Source: Sandaracinaceae bacterium (GTDB taxonomy: Bacteria > Myxococcota_A > Polyangia > Polyangiales > Sandaracinaceae). Taken from it: DNA of 64,000 nt. Numbering within the stretch: the first letter of the stretch is position 1; every line of letters begins with the position of its first letter. Positions 1 through 8,979 of the stretch are shown here, piece after piece. The notes under the pieces were generated by a model, which was not told the DNA's origin, ran no database searches, and saw only the letters and a list, made by a program, of their open reading frames with translations. The stretch spans positions 1 to 64,000 of the forward strand of contig JBGAQA010000030.1 of the NCBI GenBank assembly GCA_044220955.1, given 5' to 3'. A program made the translations under genes and the position numbers.

Positions 1-324
1 CTCGAGGACGCAGGTCGCACCGCGGTCCACGTCGCAGTTCACGCCGACGCCGCGCCGCACCACGCGCTTCAGCGCCTGGATGCTCGAGCCGCTGAGGCTC
101 GCGGTGAACGCCGCACCCGACGAGCCGCCCGAGCCGCCGCCCGAGCCGCCGCCCGAGCCGCCGCCGGAGCCGCCGCCGGAGCCGTCACCGCCGCCCGCGC
201 CGCCGCCGCCGGGCTGACCCGGGCCCGGGCCGGGCGGCACGATCGCGGGGTCGACGGCGAGCGCCGCTGTCGCCAGTTCGTCGTCGTGAGTGGCAAAACG
301 GAGCGCCGGCACACGCGCGCTCAT
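1..324 (-). CDS. Partial ORF running off the window edge: Pro/Gly-rich and (GGGS)n linker followed by a small Cys-containing segment
   Basis: Manual translation gives ...VPPGPGPGQPGGGGAGGGDGSGGGSGGGS...AFTASLSGSSIQALKRVVRRGVGVNCDVDRGATCVLE. It looks like the distal part of a secreted protein; the true start is unclear. Confidence 0.45.
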   Translation of the reverse strand, partial: MSARVPALRFATHDDELATAALAVDPAIVPPGPGPGQPGGGGAGGGDGSGGGSGGGSGGGSGGGSGGSSGAAFTASLSGSSIQALKRVVRRGVGVNCDVDRGATCVLE

Positions 325-748
325 CCCGGTGTGCCGGATGGCCGTCCACTGCTGCGAGCTGGTCGGTGGCCCACCCGAGGGCTGCGCTCACGACGCGATC
401 GGCGGTGACGACGCGCCGCCCGCGGGGAGCCCCGTCGTCTGCCCGCTCACCGTGCGCTCGTACCACGACGTGCTCGTGAGCCAGCACCGCGACGCGAGCG
501 CGTGCGTGTGGCCGCCGCCCGAGGGAGCGCACGAGGCGCCCGCGCCCGCGCCTGCGCCCACGCCCGCGGGCGGGTTTCCGGAGTGCGACATGGCCGCGCA
601 CTGCTGTCTGCGCACCGGCGGCACCGCCGAGTCGTGCGACCGGTGGCACGACATGCCCGTGGCCGACTCCTGCCGGCAGGTCATCGACTCGTACCACCGC
701 GTCCTCGAGTCCCAGAACGAGGACGCGAGCGACTGCGTGTGGCACTGA
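290..748 (+). CDS. Small protein with two tandem Cys-rich domains, possibly N-terminally truncated
   Basis: Internal duplication CxMAxHCC...C...C...SYHxVLxSQxxDASxCVW, with the copies separated by a PAPAP linker. Confidence 0.65.
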   Translation: MAKRSAGTRALIPVCRMAVHCCELVGGPPEGCAHDAIGGDDAPPAGSPVVCPLTVRSYHDVLVSQHRDASACVWPPPEGAHEAPAPAPAPTPAGGFPECDMAAHCCLRTGGTAESCDRWHDMPVADSCRQVIDSYHRVLESQNEDASDCVWH

Positions 749-797
749 GCCGCGCGACACGTCGTGTCGGCCCGGCTCCGCCGTGCCCTGCGCTCGA

Positions 798-2417
798 TCA
801 GCGCGGCGTCGCCGCGCCGGTCAGCTCGATCGTGCTCGCCGTGTAGCCGCGCACCATCACGTGCACCGGCGCCGCGCTCGCCAGATCGATCTGGCAGGTC
901 TCCGCCGAGTCCGAGCGATAGGGGCGGCAGTCGTAGCTCGTCGTCGTGGGCGCGCTGCCGATGCGCACGTAGAGGTCGGCGTCGCCCGTGCCGCGGATGG
1001 AGAAGGTGTAGCGGCCGGCCGCGAGCGCGGGCGTCTGGTAGCGTCGCTCCGCGTCGCGAGCGAGGGTCGCGCTCTCACGCATGCCGGTCCAGGCCGGCGC
1101 CGGCGTCACGCCACCGCCGGGCGTGAAGCGGTTGTCCTGCTCGCCGCTGACGACGACGACCTGCGAGCTGTCGACGTTGGCGAAGATCTGGTCGTAGGTG
1201 CGCGGCGAGCCGTAGCTCATCAGCCCGTTGATCAGGGCCATCGTCGCCCGCGGCATCGAGCTGAAGTACGCCGGCATCGCGTTCATCACGATGTCCATGT
1301 GACGCGTGCCCGTCGTGTCCCCGGGGTTCGCGGCCGCGTGCGCGTCCCAGAGCGCGCTGTCGACGTACGTGTACGTGTCGCAGCCGTTCATGAACGCGAT
1401 CGCGTACTGGCCCGCGGTCCAGCGGCCCTTGCGGGCCAGCGCGCGGATGTTCGCGCCGAGGCCTGCGTGCCCGTTGTAGACGATCAGGTCCGCGCGCGTG
1501 GAGAGCTCGCCGAAGCGCGCGTCGAACGTGGGCCCGGCGGTGCGGACGTTGTCCACCAGCAGCGCGACGATCTCGATGCGGTGGGTCGCGTCGAGCGTGG
1601 CGCGGAAGGTGATGTCCGGGGTCGCGACACCGGGATCGGTCGGGACCGTCGCGGGGATCGTGGTCAGGCCGCGGCTGGCGAGGAGCGTGCGCACCTCCCG
1701 CACGAAGCGGTTGTAGGCGGCGATGCCCGCGTCGCTCGACGTCGTCGCGCCGTCCTCGAACTTGCCGAACACCGCGACGACGCGGAGCGAGCCGTCCGAC
1801 CAGACCATGTCGTACTCGGGGAAGCGGCCCGTCGTGCCCACGTCGCTCACGGTGACGCCGGCGACGGTGGTGACGACGTCCGACGACGCGAGCACACACC
1901 CGCTGCGCGAGGGCCGGTAGTAGTACCAGAACGATCCGCTCGTCACGTCGTGGGCGCCCGCGTCCACGCAGCTGTGCGAGTAGGTCGAGGTGAAGCGCTC
2001 GATGCCGGCGCTCGACATGTCGCGCGGGAGTCGGAGCGTCAGCTCGGTCGGCAGCGTCGTGCGGCGCCCGTACGCGATCGGGAGCACCGCGCTGTAGAGG
2101 ATCCGGAACCGGTCCCCCATCGCCTCGACGCGCACGTCGCTGAGCTCGACCCGATCGAGGCGCGAGACGCCGCGCTCTCCGTTGACGATCCCGATCGTGT
2201 AGAGGAGCTGGTCCTCGATCTGCTGCTCGGGGCTCCAGCGCGAGTCGGTGACGAGCTCGCCGTCGAACGAGAGCTCGAGGAACACGGCCGCCGCCGAGCT
2301 GTCCGCGGCGCCGCCCTCGCCCTCACCCTTGGCGTAGGGGATCTCGTCGCCGGCCGGGAGCGGACCCACGCAGCCGAGCAGGGACAGGGCGACGAGGGCA
2401 GAGCAGAGAGCGCGCAT
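798..2417 (-). CDS. Lipoprotein with C-terminal PPC (bacterial pre-peptidase C-terminal) domain
   Basis: Signal and lipobox MRALCSALVALSLLGC; C-terminal GTGDADLYVRIGSAPTTTSYDCRPY is a typical PPC motif. Start reassigned from the ORF track. Confidence 0.8.
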   Translation of the reverse strand: MRALCSALVALSLLGCVGPLPAGDEIPYAKGEGEGGAADSSAAAVFLELSFDGELVTDSRWSPEQQIEDQLLYTIGIVNGERGVSRLDRVELSDVRVEAMGDRFRILYSAVLPIAYGRRTTLPTELTLRLPRDMSSAGIERFTSTYSHSCVDAGAHDVTSGSFWYYYRPSRSGCVLASSDVVTTVAGVTVSDVGTTGRFPEYDMVWSDGSLRVVAVFGKFEDGATTSSDAGIAAYNRFVREVRTLLASRGLTTIPATVPTDPGVATPDITFRATLDATHRIEIVALLVDNVRTAGPTFDARFGELSTRADLIVYNGHAGLGANIRALARKGRWTAGQYAIAFMNGCDTYTYVDSALWDAHAAANPGDTTGTRHMDIVMNAMPAYFSSMPRATMALINGLMSYGSPRTYDQIFANVDSSQVVVVSGEQDNRFTPGGGVTPAPAWTGMRESATLARDAERRYQTPALAAGRYTFSIRGTGDADLYVRIGSAPTTTSYDCRPYRSDSAETCQIDLASAAPVHVMVRGYTASTIELTGAATPR

Positions 2418-2469
2418 CGGGGACCTCGTGATGGCCAGGGTGGCGACCGGAAGGACTCGCCCGTCCCCG

Positions 2470-2485
2470 AGCAGGCCACGTGCCA
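2470..2485 (-). promoter_or_regulatory. Candidate sigma-54 (-24/-12) promoter for the PPC lipoprotein gene
   Basis: Minus strand reads TGGCACGTGGCCTGCT (GG-N10-GC spacing), about 50 bp upstream of the ATG at 2417. Confidence 0.5.
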
Positions 2486-2593
2486 CCGCGGCTCGGCCCC
2501 AGATCACGCGGAAACCGGCGGGAGCAGGGGCCGCCGGCGGCCCCGCGACCGGCCCCGCCGCCGGCGAGCGCCCTGGCCAGGGGCGAGGCACCG

Positions 2594-3253
2594 TCAGGGA
2601 CGGCTGGTGCGCGCGGGGCCGATCTCGCCACACACCTCGACGAGCGCACCGGCGCGCATGGCGATCACGTCCGTGGACGCCGGGTCGTTGTCCGCCGGGA
2701 ACAGGTCCCGGTCGACGATCACGACGTTGGCCCCGGCCTCCAGGTACGAGGGGGCGTCGTCGGGCCCGATGTTGCCCATCGCGACGAGCGGAAGCCCCGG
2801 CTGGATCCGGGCGAGGCGCCCGACGTAGCGCGCGCCGCCGAGGTAGCCAGAGGGGTACACGGCGACGGGCCCCTGCGTGCGCGTGCGAGCGAGGCGCAGC
2901 TCGGAGGGGGTCGCGACGCCGGGGATCACGGTGACGCGCCCGCGGGCGCTCCTCTCGAGCTCCTCGTCGAGGTGAGGCAGGACCACGAACGCGGCGCCCG
3001 CGGCGAGGGCGATGTTGAGCTGGTCGGGCTCGACGACGTCGCAGATGCCCACCGTGAGATCGTCGGCGCGATCGGCGATCTCCGCGGCGATCTCGGCGAC
3101 GAAGGGGATCCCGACCGGGAGCACGAGCACCCGGAGCCCGCCGTCGTAGGCGGCGATGGCGCGCTCGATCAGGGCTCCTCGCGCCGGCGCCTGGACGATC
3201 GCGCCGACGCGGGCCTGCGCGACGGAAGGGACGGGTGGCGCGAGTGTGACCAT
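2594..3253 (-). CDS. KDPG/KHG aldolase (Eda)-like protein with catalytic residues apparently substituted
   Basis: Fold motifs AGAAFVVLP, IPGVATPSE, YPSGYLGG, P.VAMGNIG and YLEAGA match the Eda family. Confidence 0.7.
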   Translation of the reverse strand: MVTLAPPVPSVAQARVGAIVQAPARGALIERAIAAYDGGLRVLVLPVGIPFVAEIAAEIADRADDLTVGICDVVEPDQLNIALAAGAAFVVLPHLDEELERSARGRVTVIPGVATPSELRLARTRTQGPVAVYPSGYLGGARYVGRLARIQPGLPLVAMGNIGPDDAPSYLEAGANVVIVDRDLFPADNDPASTDVIAMRAGALVEVCGEIGPARTSRP

Positions 3254-3330
3254 GAGCCGTGGTACCGAGGAGCGCGGAGCGCGTCAAAAACGCGGAGGGG
3301 CGAGCGAGGCGAGGAGAGCGGCCCGCGGCG

Positions 3331-4602
3331 TCACTCGGCGCAGCGCGCCCACCACAGGTCGGCCCCACGCGCCACGATCGCGACGATGCCGCCCGGCGCC
3401 ACGGCCACGCGCGGCTGGGTCGCTCCCGCGATCGCGAGCGGCTCGCCGAGGGTCCCGTCCGCGCCGACGACGCGCGCGCGGGTCTGGTGAGGCGCGCTCG
3501 CCTCCGCCGCGCCAGGCGCCTCCATGACGAAGAGACCGGCGCCGCCCAGCGGCTCGGCGTCGATCGTGAGCGGGCCGCCGTAGCCGAGCCCGGGGACCAG
3601 GGCCTGGGCGCGATCGGCCGAGTCGATCGTGACGACGCCGACCGCGCGCGTCGCGCCGTTGCCGACGGCGGCGTACCCGAGGTGGGTGCCCACCACGGCG
3701 AAGGAGGGAGGCTCGGCCGTCAGGTTCAGCGGCTGCGCGACCGTGGCCGCGGCGGGGACGCCGTCCGCGCCGAACGAGACGCGGTGCACGACCGAGATGC
3801 CCGCCCGGGCGTCCATGAAGTAGAGGATGCCGCGCGCGTCGAAGAGCGGCGCCGCGCCGGAGCCCGCCTCGGGCGTCACGTCGTGCGTCGCGGCGATCGC
3901 TCCGGCTGCGTCCACGAGGGCGACGCGGACGTGGGCCGTGGTGCCGCTCGCCTCGGTCCACGCGACGAGGGTCCCGGCGTCCACGCTCGCGAGCGCGGGC
4001 GCGTAGCGCGCATCGGCGCCCGAAGGCGTGATCTGCACCGTGGCGAACACCGGCGCGGGCGAGCCCTGCTCGAAGCGCACGAGGCGGACGCCGCCGGCCG
4101 CGTCGACGAGGCCGACCCCGAGCGTCGCCTCGCCGAGCCGCGCGAGCACCGGAGGTGCCGTCCGGCGCGAGGCGTCGAGCGAGCCCGCGAGCGGGATCCG
4201 GCCGAGGGGGCTCGGCGCACCGCCGGGGCGGATGCGGGCCAGCCCGACGCTCTCGGGCGATCCCGCGACGTAGCCCGCCACGACGAAGCCGGTCGCGACG
4301 GCCAGGACGTCCGCCGTGGAGGCTCCCGCGAGGACCGGCTGCGACGCGTCCGAGGCGAGCACGCAGCCGTGCGGAGGCGCGGCGCGATCGGAGAGCGGGC
4401 CGGCCACGACGAGCTCGTCCGGGACCGGCGGAGGGTCGTCGAGGCCGACCAGCACGCTCGGCGCCGGTGCGACCACGCTCGAGGGCGGAGGCGCCTCCGT
4501 CGAAGGCGGCGCGCTCTCCGGCCCGCTCCGCGGTGGCGCCTCACCCCCTCCACCGCACGCGGCGAGGAGGAGCGCGCTCAGCGACAGCGATCGCCGAAGC
4601 AT
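3331..4602 (-). CDS. Hypothetical lipoprotein, beta-rich
   Basis: Lipobox LLLAAC, Pro-rich linker, then repeated beta-strand-like segments. Confidence 0.7.
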   Translation of the reverse strand: MLRRSLSLSALLLAACGGGGEAPPRSGPESAPPSTEAPPPSSVVAPAPSVLVGLDDPPPVPDELVVAGPLSDRAAPPHGCVLASDASQPVLAGASTADVLAVATGFVVAGYVAGSPESVGLARIRPGGAPSPLGRIPLAGSLDASRRTAPPVLARLGEATLGVGLVDAAGGVRLVRFEQGSPAPVFATVQITPSGADARYAPALASVDAGTLVAWTEASGTTAHVRVALVDAAGAIAATHDVTPEAGSGAAPLFDARGILYFMDARAGISVVHRVSFGADGVPAAATVAQPLNLTAEPPSFAVVGTHLGYAAVGNGATRAVGVVTIDSADRAQALVPGLGYGGPLTIDAEPLGGAGLFVMEAPGAAEASAPHQTRARVVGADGTLGEPLAIAGATQPRVAVAPGGIVAIVARGADLWWARCAE

Positions 4603-6014
4603 GCGGCGATCTGCGACGAGCACTCGGTCGTGATGCAGCCGATGCCGCCACCCGTCCCGCACGCGCCGCTCACGAACGCGCCGATCGCGCAGTTCACGAC
4701 GTTGTTCAGGAAGACCTGCGAGCTCGGGCACGTCTGGGACGTGCAGTTGCTGATGCAGGTGATGTCGATCGCGGGGATCCCGCCGCCGCCGCCCGCGAAG
4801 TCGAAGCAGCCGAACACGCACGTCAGGCCCTCCGAGCAGCTGTGGAGCATGCAGGCACCGCAGTCCGCGGCGCAGTTGGTGCACGTCTCGTGCGCCGAGC
4901 TCTCGCAGCGCATGTTCCCGCAGAACGCGCACGAGCCGCAGTCCTGCGAGCAGCTCGCGCAGGTCTCGGTGCCGCGGCAGCGGCCGTCGCCACAGCTCGG
5001 GCAGTCGCCGCAGTCGCCGGGGCAGGTGAAGCAGTCCTCGCCCGCGGACGCGGTGCACGTGCGGTCGCCGCACGAGGGGCAGGCGCCGCAGTCAGGCGCG
5101 CAGCTGCTGCACGTCTCGCCGTTGGCGGGCTCGCAGAAGCCGTTCCGGCACGTGTCGCAGATGCCGCAGTCGCTCGGGCAGCTGGTGCAGTTCTCGGTCG
5201 CCTGGCAGGTCCGGTCACCGCAGGTCACGCAGAGGCCGCAGTCCTGCTGGCACGTCGCGCAGCTCTCGCTCGGCTGACAGGTGCCGTCGCCACACGTCAC
5301 GCACACGCCGCAGTCGGAGGGGCACGTCGAGCAGCTCTCCGAGGCCTGACAAGTGCGGTCGCCGCACGTCACGCACGCGCCACAGTCGGCCACGCACGTC
5401 GAGCAGGTCTCGCCGGCGTCGCACATGCCGTTGCCGCACGTGACGCAGGAGCCACAGTCGGTCGCGCACGAGGTGCAGTCCTCGCCGACGCCGCACGTGC
5501 CGTCACCGCAGCGCACGCACACGCCGCAGTCGCCCGGGCAGCTCGCGCAGTTCTCGCTCGCCTGGCAGACGCGGTCCCCGCACGTCATGCACATGCCGCA
5601 GTCGCGCGGGCAGCTGGTGCACGTCTCGCCGATCGACGCCTCACACGTCCCGTTGCCGCACGTGACGCAGGTGCCGCAGTCGGGCGCGCACGTGGTGCAG
5701 TCTTCGCCGAGGGCCGCCTCGCACATCGCGTCGCCGCAGGTGTGGCACGTGCCGCAGTCGAGAGAGCAAGTCGTGCACGTCTCGGCGCCGTTGCAGACGC
5801 GATCGCCGCAGATCGGCGTCGCGGCGTCGCGGCCGGCGTCGTTGCCCGGCCCCATGTCGCGGCCGGGGCCCGTGTCACGACCCGGTCCCGTGTCGATCCC
5901 GGGGCCCGCGTCCATGCGCTCGCCGGGGATCTCGCGCAGCGTCGAGCGGCCGCAGCCGAGCGCGAGCGCGCCGAGCGCGAGGGAAGCCAAGAAGACGCAA
6001 GAGGTACGCGACAT
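4578..6014 (-). CDS. Cys-rich repeat lipoprotein with 13 CG(D/N)xxC...ExCxxCxxDCGxC repeats
   Basis: Lipobox LALGC, D(A/T/M)GPG linker repeats, and 13 six-Cys units counted by eye. Confidence 0.85.
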   Translation of the reverse strand: MSRTSCVFLASLALGALALGCGRSTLREIPGERMDAGPGIDTGPGRDTGPGRDMGPGNDAGRDAATPICGDRVCNGAETCTTCSLDCGTCHTCGDAMCEAALGEDCTTCAPDCGTCVTCGNGTCEASIGETCTSCPRDCGMCMTCGDRVCQASENCASCPGDCGVCVRCGDGTCGVGEDCTSCATDCGSCVTCGNGMCDAGETCSTCVADCGACVTCGDRTCQASESCSTCPSDCGVCVTCGDGTCQPSESCATCQQDCGLCVTCGDRTCQATENCTSCPSDCGICDTCRNGFCEPANGETCSSCAPDCGACPSCGDRTCTASAGEDCFTCPGDCGDCPSCGDGRCRGTETCASCSQDCGSCAFCGNMRCESSAHETCTNCAADCGACMLHSCSEGLTCVFGCFDFAGGGGGIPAIDITCISNCTSQTCPSSQVFLNNVVNCAIGAFVSGACGTGGGIGCITTECSSQIAACFGDRCR

Positions 6015-6136
6015 GGTCGACTCCGGGGCGCGGCGGCGCGAGGGGACGGAAAAGCAGCGTGGAGGGCGGCTCCTTCGCGGCACACTAGAGAAGAACGTGA
6101 GAAAACGCCACACGGCGCCAGGGGAATCCTCACGCC

Positions 6137-6784
6137 CTATTCGGGGTCCGGCGGCGGCCGGTACCGCGGCCCGTGCCAGAGCGGGAGGCCCGTCGCGACG
6201 AGCGCCCGGAGGTCGAGGCCGGCCAAGAGGACCCAGTCGGTGGTGCCCCCGCGGGGCGCCGCCTGATCGAGGGCCGATGCGGTGACGTAGCGCGCCCCGA
6301 GCCGGAGGAAGACGCCGCCGCTGGTCCGCTCCGGGACGAAGAGCGGGACGTCGACACCGAAGCCGATCGCGAGGCCGACGCCGGCCTCCCGGTCGAAGGG
6401 ACCCATCGCGGCGCCGAGGTCGAGCCCGAGCGAGTCGATCAGCAGGTCGACCCACTGCGAGCCCGTCTCGGCGCCGAGCAGGAACCGAGGCAGGAAGAGC
6501 GGGCGGATGTCCACGCCGACGACCGCGCGCGAGTCGCCCTCGGGGCGCCACTCGCCCACCGCGAACACGCCGCCCGAGTCGAGGATGCGCGCGCGCAGCT
6601 CGAGCGACACCGAGCCGGTCCACGCGGGGTGGACGCGGTCGTTCGTGACGGCGCCGCCGCTCACGCCGACCGAGAGCGCGAGATCCGCGTCGAGGCGCCC
6701 GTACACGCCGTCCCCCTGGGCGGCGGCCGGCCACGGGACGAGCGCGAAGAGCGCGATGGGCACGACGAAGGCCAGGGAGCGCAC
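6137..6784 (-). CDS. Hypothetical secreted or outer-membrane protein
   Basis: Signal peptide ending AAA-Q and alternating amphipathic beta-strand pattern; GTG start inferred. Confidence 0.65.
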   Translation of the reverse strand: MRSLAFVVPIALFALVPWPAAAQGDGVYGRLDADLALSVGVSGGAVTNDRVHPAWTGSVSLELRARILDSGGVFAVGEWRPEGDSRAVVGVDIRPLFLPRFLLGAETGSQWVDLLIDSLGLDLGAAMGPFDREAGVGLAIGFGVDVPLFVPERTSGGVFLRLGARYVTASALDQAAPRGGTTDWVLLAGLDLRALVATGLPLWHGPRYRPPPDPE

Positions 6785-6792
6785 GATCGCCC

Positions 6793-7800
6793 TCAGCGCG
6801 TGAAAGGCATCTGCATCTGGATCGGTGCCGTGCCTTCCGGCGGCGGCGGCAGCTGCCACGTCCCGACGTTGTTCTGCAGGCAGCGCCCGAGCGCGTCGTT
6901 GCCGGTGGTGTTGCGATCGAGCGTGGGGCTCTGCGCGTGGCCGCGCGCGTCGATGTCGAAGCCGACGACGACCGTGCCTCTCACCGGATCGCGCGAGGCC
7001 GCCGACGCGTGCTCGAAGCACGACGTCGCCTGAGGGAGCAGGTACTGGCGGATGAAGCGACGCACCTGCGTGCTGTACATCTGCATCTGGTAGTCGGGCT
7101 CGTCCTCGGGCGCGACGGTCCCCTCGAGCGCGTCCCAGTCCACCGAGGAGGCCGGCGCCGTGCCGGTCCCGCTCGCCGTGCCCGTCCCCGTCCCCGTCGT
7201 CGGCGGCGGCGTTCCCGAGCCGGTGGGGGTTTCGGTGGCCGTGCCCGTGCCGGTCCCCACGCGCGTCGCCGGCGGCGGGCGCGTCGCGGCGCCGCTGGTC
7301 GTCCGCGGCGGGGTCGTCCGTCCGGTGGTCGTCGGAGGCGGCGTCGTGTCCGTTCCCGGCGGCGCCGTGGTGTCGGCGGTCCCCGGCGTCGTCCCGGCCG
7401 ACGCGCCGCGCTTCACGACGCGCGCCCCGCTCGTCATCACGAAGTCGTCGTCGGGAACGTCGACGCCCTCCGGCAGCGCATCGCCCCCGCCCCCGCTCGC
7501 GTCCGCGGCAGGCTCCCCCGGCGCGCTCGGCCCGGCCGGCCCAGCGTGCATCCCGACGTACGCCATGCCCGCGCCGAGGCCGAGGAAGACGAACGCGCCG
7601 AGCGCGAGCACCGCGTAGGTCTTGCGCGGCGACTGGATCCCGATGCCGGCGAGCGTGATCGTGCCGCCCGTGTTGTTCGCGGGGGGTGGCGCGGCGGCCG
7701 CCCCGGACGGAGCGCCGGCCGAAGTGATGGCGGTGCCGCACTTGTTGCAGAAGCGCGCATCGTCGGAGTTCGGGGCTCCGCAGCTCGGACAGAAGCTCAT
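6793..7800 (-). CDS. Zinc-ribbon, TM helix and AgmX/PglI (TonB-like) C-terminal domain protein
   Basis: N-terminal CPSCG...FCNKCG, one TM helix, Thr/Gly/Pro linker, C-terminal SCFE...RGTVVVGFDIDARG...CL...W.LPPP. Confidence 0.8.
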   Translation of the reverse strand: MSFCPSCGAPNSDDARFCNKCGTAITSAGAPSGAAAAPPPANNTGGTITLAGIGIQSPRKTYAVLALGAFVFLGLGAGMAYVGMHAGPAGPSAPGEPAADASGGGGDALPEGVDVPDDDFVMTSGARVVKRGASAGTTPGTADTTAPPGTDTTPPPTTTGRTTPPRTTSGAATRPPPATRVGTGTGTATETPTGSGTPPPTTGTGTGTASGTGTAPASSVDWDALEGTVAPEDEPDYQMQMYSTQVRRFIRQYLLPQATSCFEHASAASRDPVRGTVVVGFDIDARGHAQSPTLDRNTTGNDALGRCLQNNVGTWQLPPPPEGTAPIQMQMPFTR

Positions 7801-7829
7801 GGCTCGCCGAGTCTACACGAGCGGGCCTG

Positions 7830-8240
7830 GTGAGCTTGGCGGCGCACGCGTGGCAAGCTCGGCGCGTGGGTGCTCGCTGCGGGTTCTGCTCCGCGCCGCT
7901 CGCCGACGCGCCGGCGGGCGCGGCGGTCCGCTGCGCGTCGTGCGGCAACGTGACGAGCACGCCCGCCCTGCCGCCCACGCTGCTCGAGTCGCCGCGCGCG
8001 CCCGGGACGGCTCCGGCCCCCGCGAGCGCGCTTCCGTTCGCGAGCGTCGAGCGCCCGAAGCAGGGCGCCTCGCCTCCGCCCGCGGTGGTCCTTCCCTCGC
8101 GCGCGGGCGGGGTCGACGAGCTGATCGGCGGCGGCATCACCATCCTCGGGATCGGCCTGGCGAAGATCGTCCTGTTCGGGCTGGCCGGGCTGGTGTTCTC
8201 CTGCATCCTCGGGATGCTGGGGCTCGCCTTCCACTGCTGA
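7830..8240 (+). CDS. Small zinc-ribbon membrane protein
   Basis: CGFC...CASC pairs and a hydrophobic C-terminus; the start may lie slightly downstream. Confidence 0.6.
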   Translation: MSLAAHAWQARRVGARCGFCSAPLADAPAGAAVRCASCGNVTSTPALPPTLLESPRAPGTAPAPASALPFASVERPKQGASPPPAVVLPSRAGGVDELIGGGITILGIGLAKIVLFGLAGLVFSCILGMLGLAFHC

Positions 8241-8250
8241 GATGGGTTGA

Positions 8251-8949
8251 ATGATCGTCGTCCGACGCTCCGAGGATCGCGGCCATGCCGACCACGGCTG
8301 GCTCGACTCGCGCCACACCTTCTCGTTCGCCGGGTACCACGATCCGGCGCACATGGGCTTCCGCGCGCTGCGCGTCCTGAACGAGGATCGCGTCGCGGCC
8401 CGCGGGGGCTTCCCGACGCACGGCCACCGCGAGATGGAGATCGTCTCGTACGTGATCGAGGGCGCGCTCCGCCACGAGGACTCGATGGGAAACGGCTCGG
8501 CGCTGAGGCCCGGCGACGTCCAGCGGATGACGGCGGGGACCGGCGTCCACCACAGCGAGGCGAACGCCTCGCGCGAGCACGAGGTGCACTTCCTGCAGAT
8601 CTGGATCCTGCCCGACACGCCGCGCCTGCCCCCAGGCTACGAGCAGAAGCACTTCGACGAGGCGGGACGGCGCGGCAGGCTGCGCCTCGTCGGCTCGCGC
8701 GACGGGCGCGCTGGGTCGATCACGATCCACCAGGACGTCTCGCTCTACGCGTCCCTCCTGTCCGCGGGCGAGCGGGTGGAGCATGGTCTCGCGCCGAGGC
8801 GCCACGCGTGGCTGCAGGTGGTGCGCGGGACGATCACGCTGAACGGCCAGACCCTGCGCGGCGGAGACGGAGCGGCCGTGTCGAGCGAGGCGGCGCTGGC
8901 GATCGAGGCGAGCGCGCCCTCGGAGCTGCTCTTGTTCGACCTGGCGTGA
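8251..8949 (+). CDS. Pirin family protein (YhhW-like cupin)
   Basis: GWLDSRHTFSF, LRVLNED, GFPTHGHREMEI, HEDSMGN, HSE and LQIWI motifs. Confidence 0.92.
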   Translation: MIVVRRSEDRGHADHGWLDSRHTFSFAGYHDPAHMGFRALRVLNEDRVAARGGFPTHGHREMEIVSYVIEGALRHEDSMGNGSALRPGDVQRMTAGTGVHHSEANASREHEVHFLQIWILPDTPRLPPGYEQKHFDEAGRRGRLRLVGSRDGRAGSITIHQDVSLYASLLSAGERVEHGLAPRRHAWLQVVRGTITLNGQTLRGGDGAAVSSEAALAIEASAPSELLLFDLA

Positions 8950-8979
8950 GCCGCGCGTGCGCAGGGCGCGGTCCGGCGC

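Noticed and set aside
5745..5760. CxxCH (CGTCH) as a heme c site in the Cys-rich lipoprotein
   Set aside because: Single occurrence at a repeat junction where the other repeats have different residues; most likely chance.
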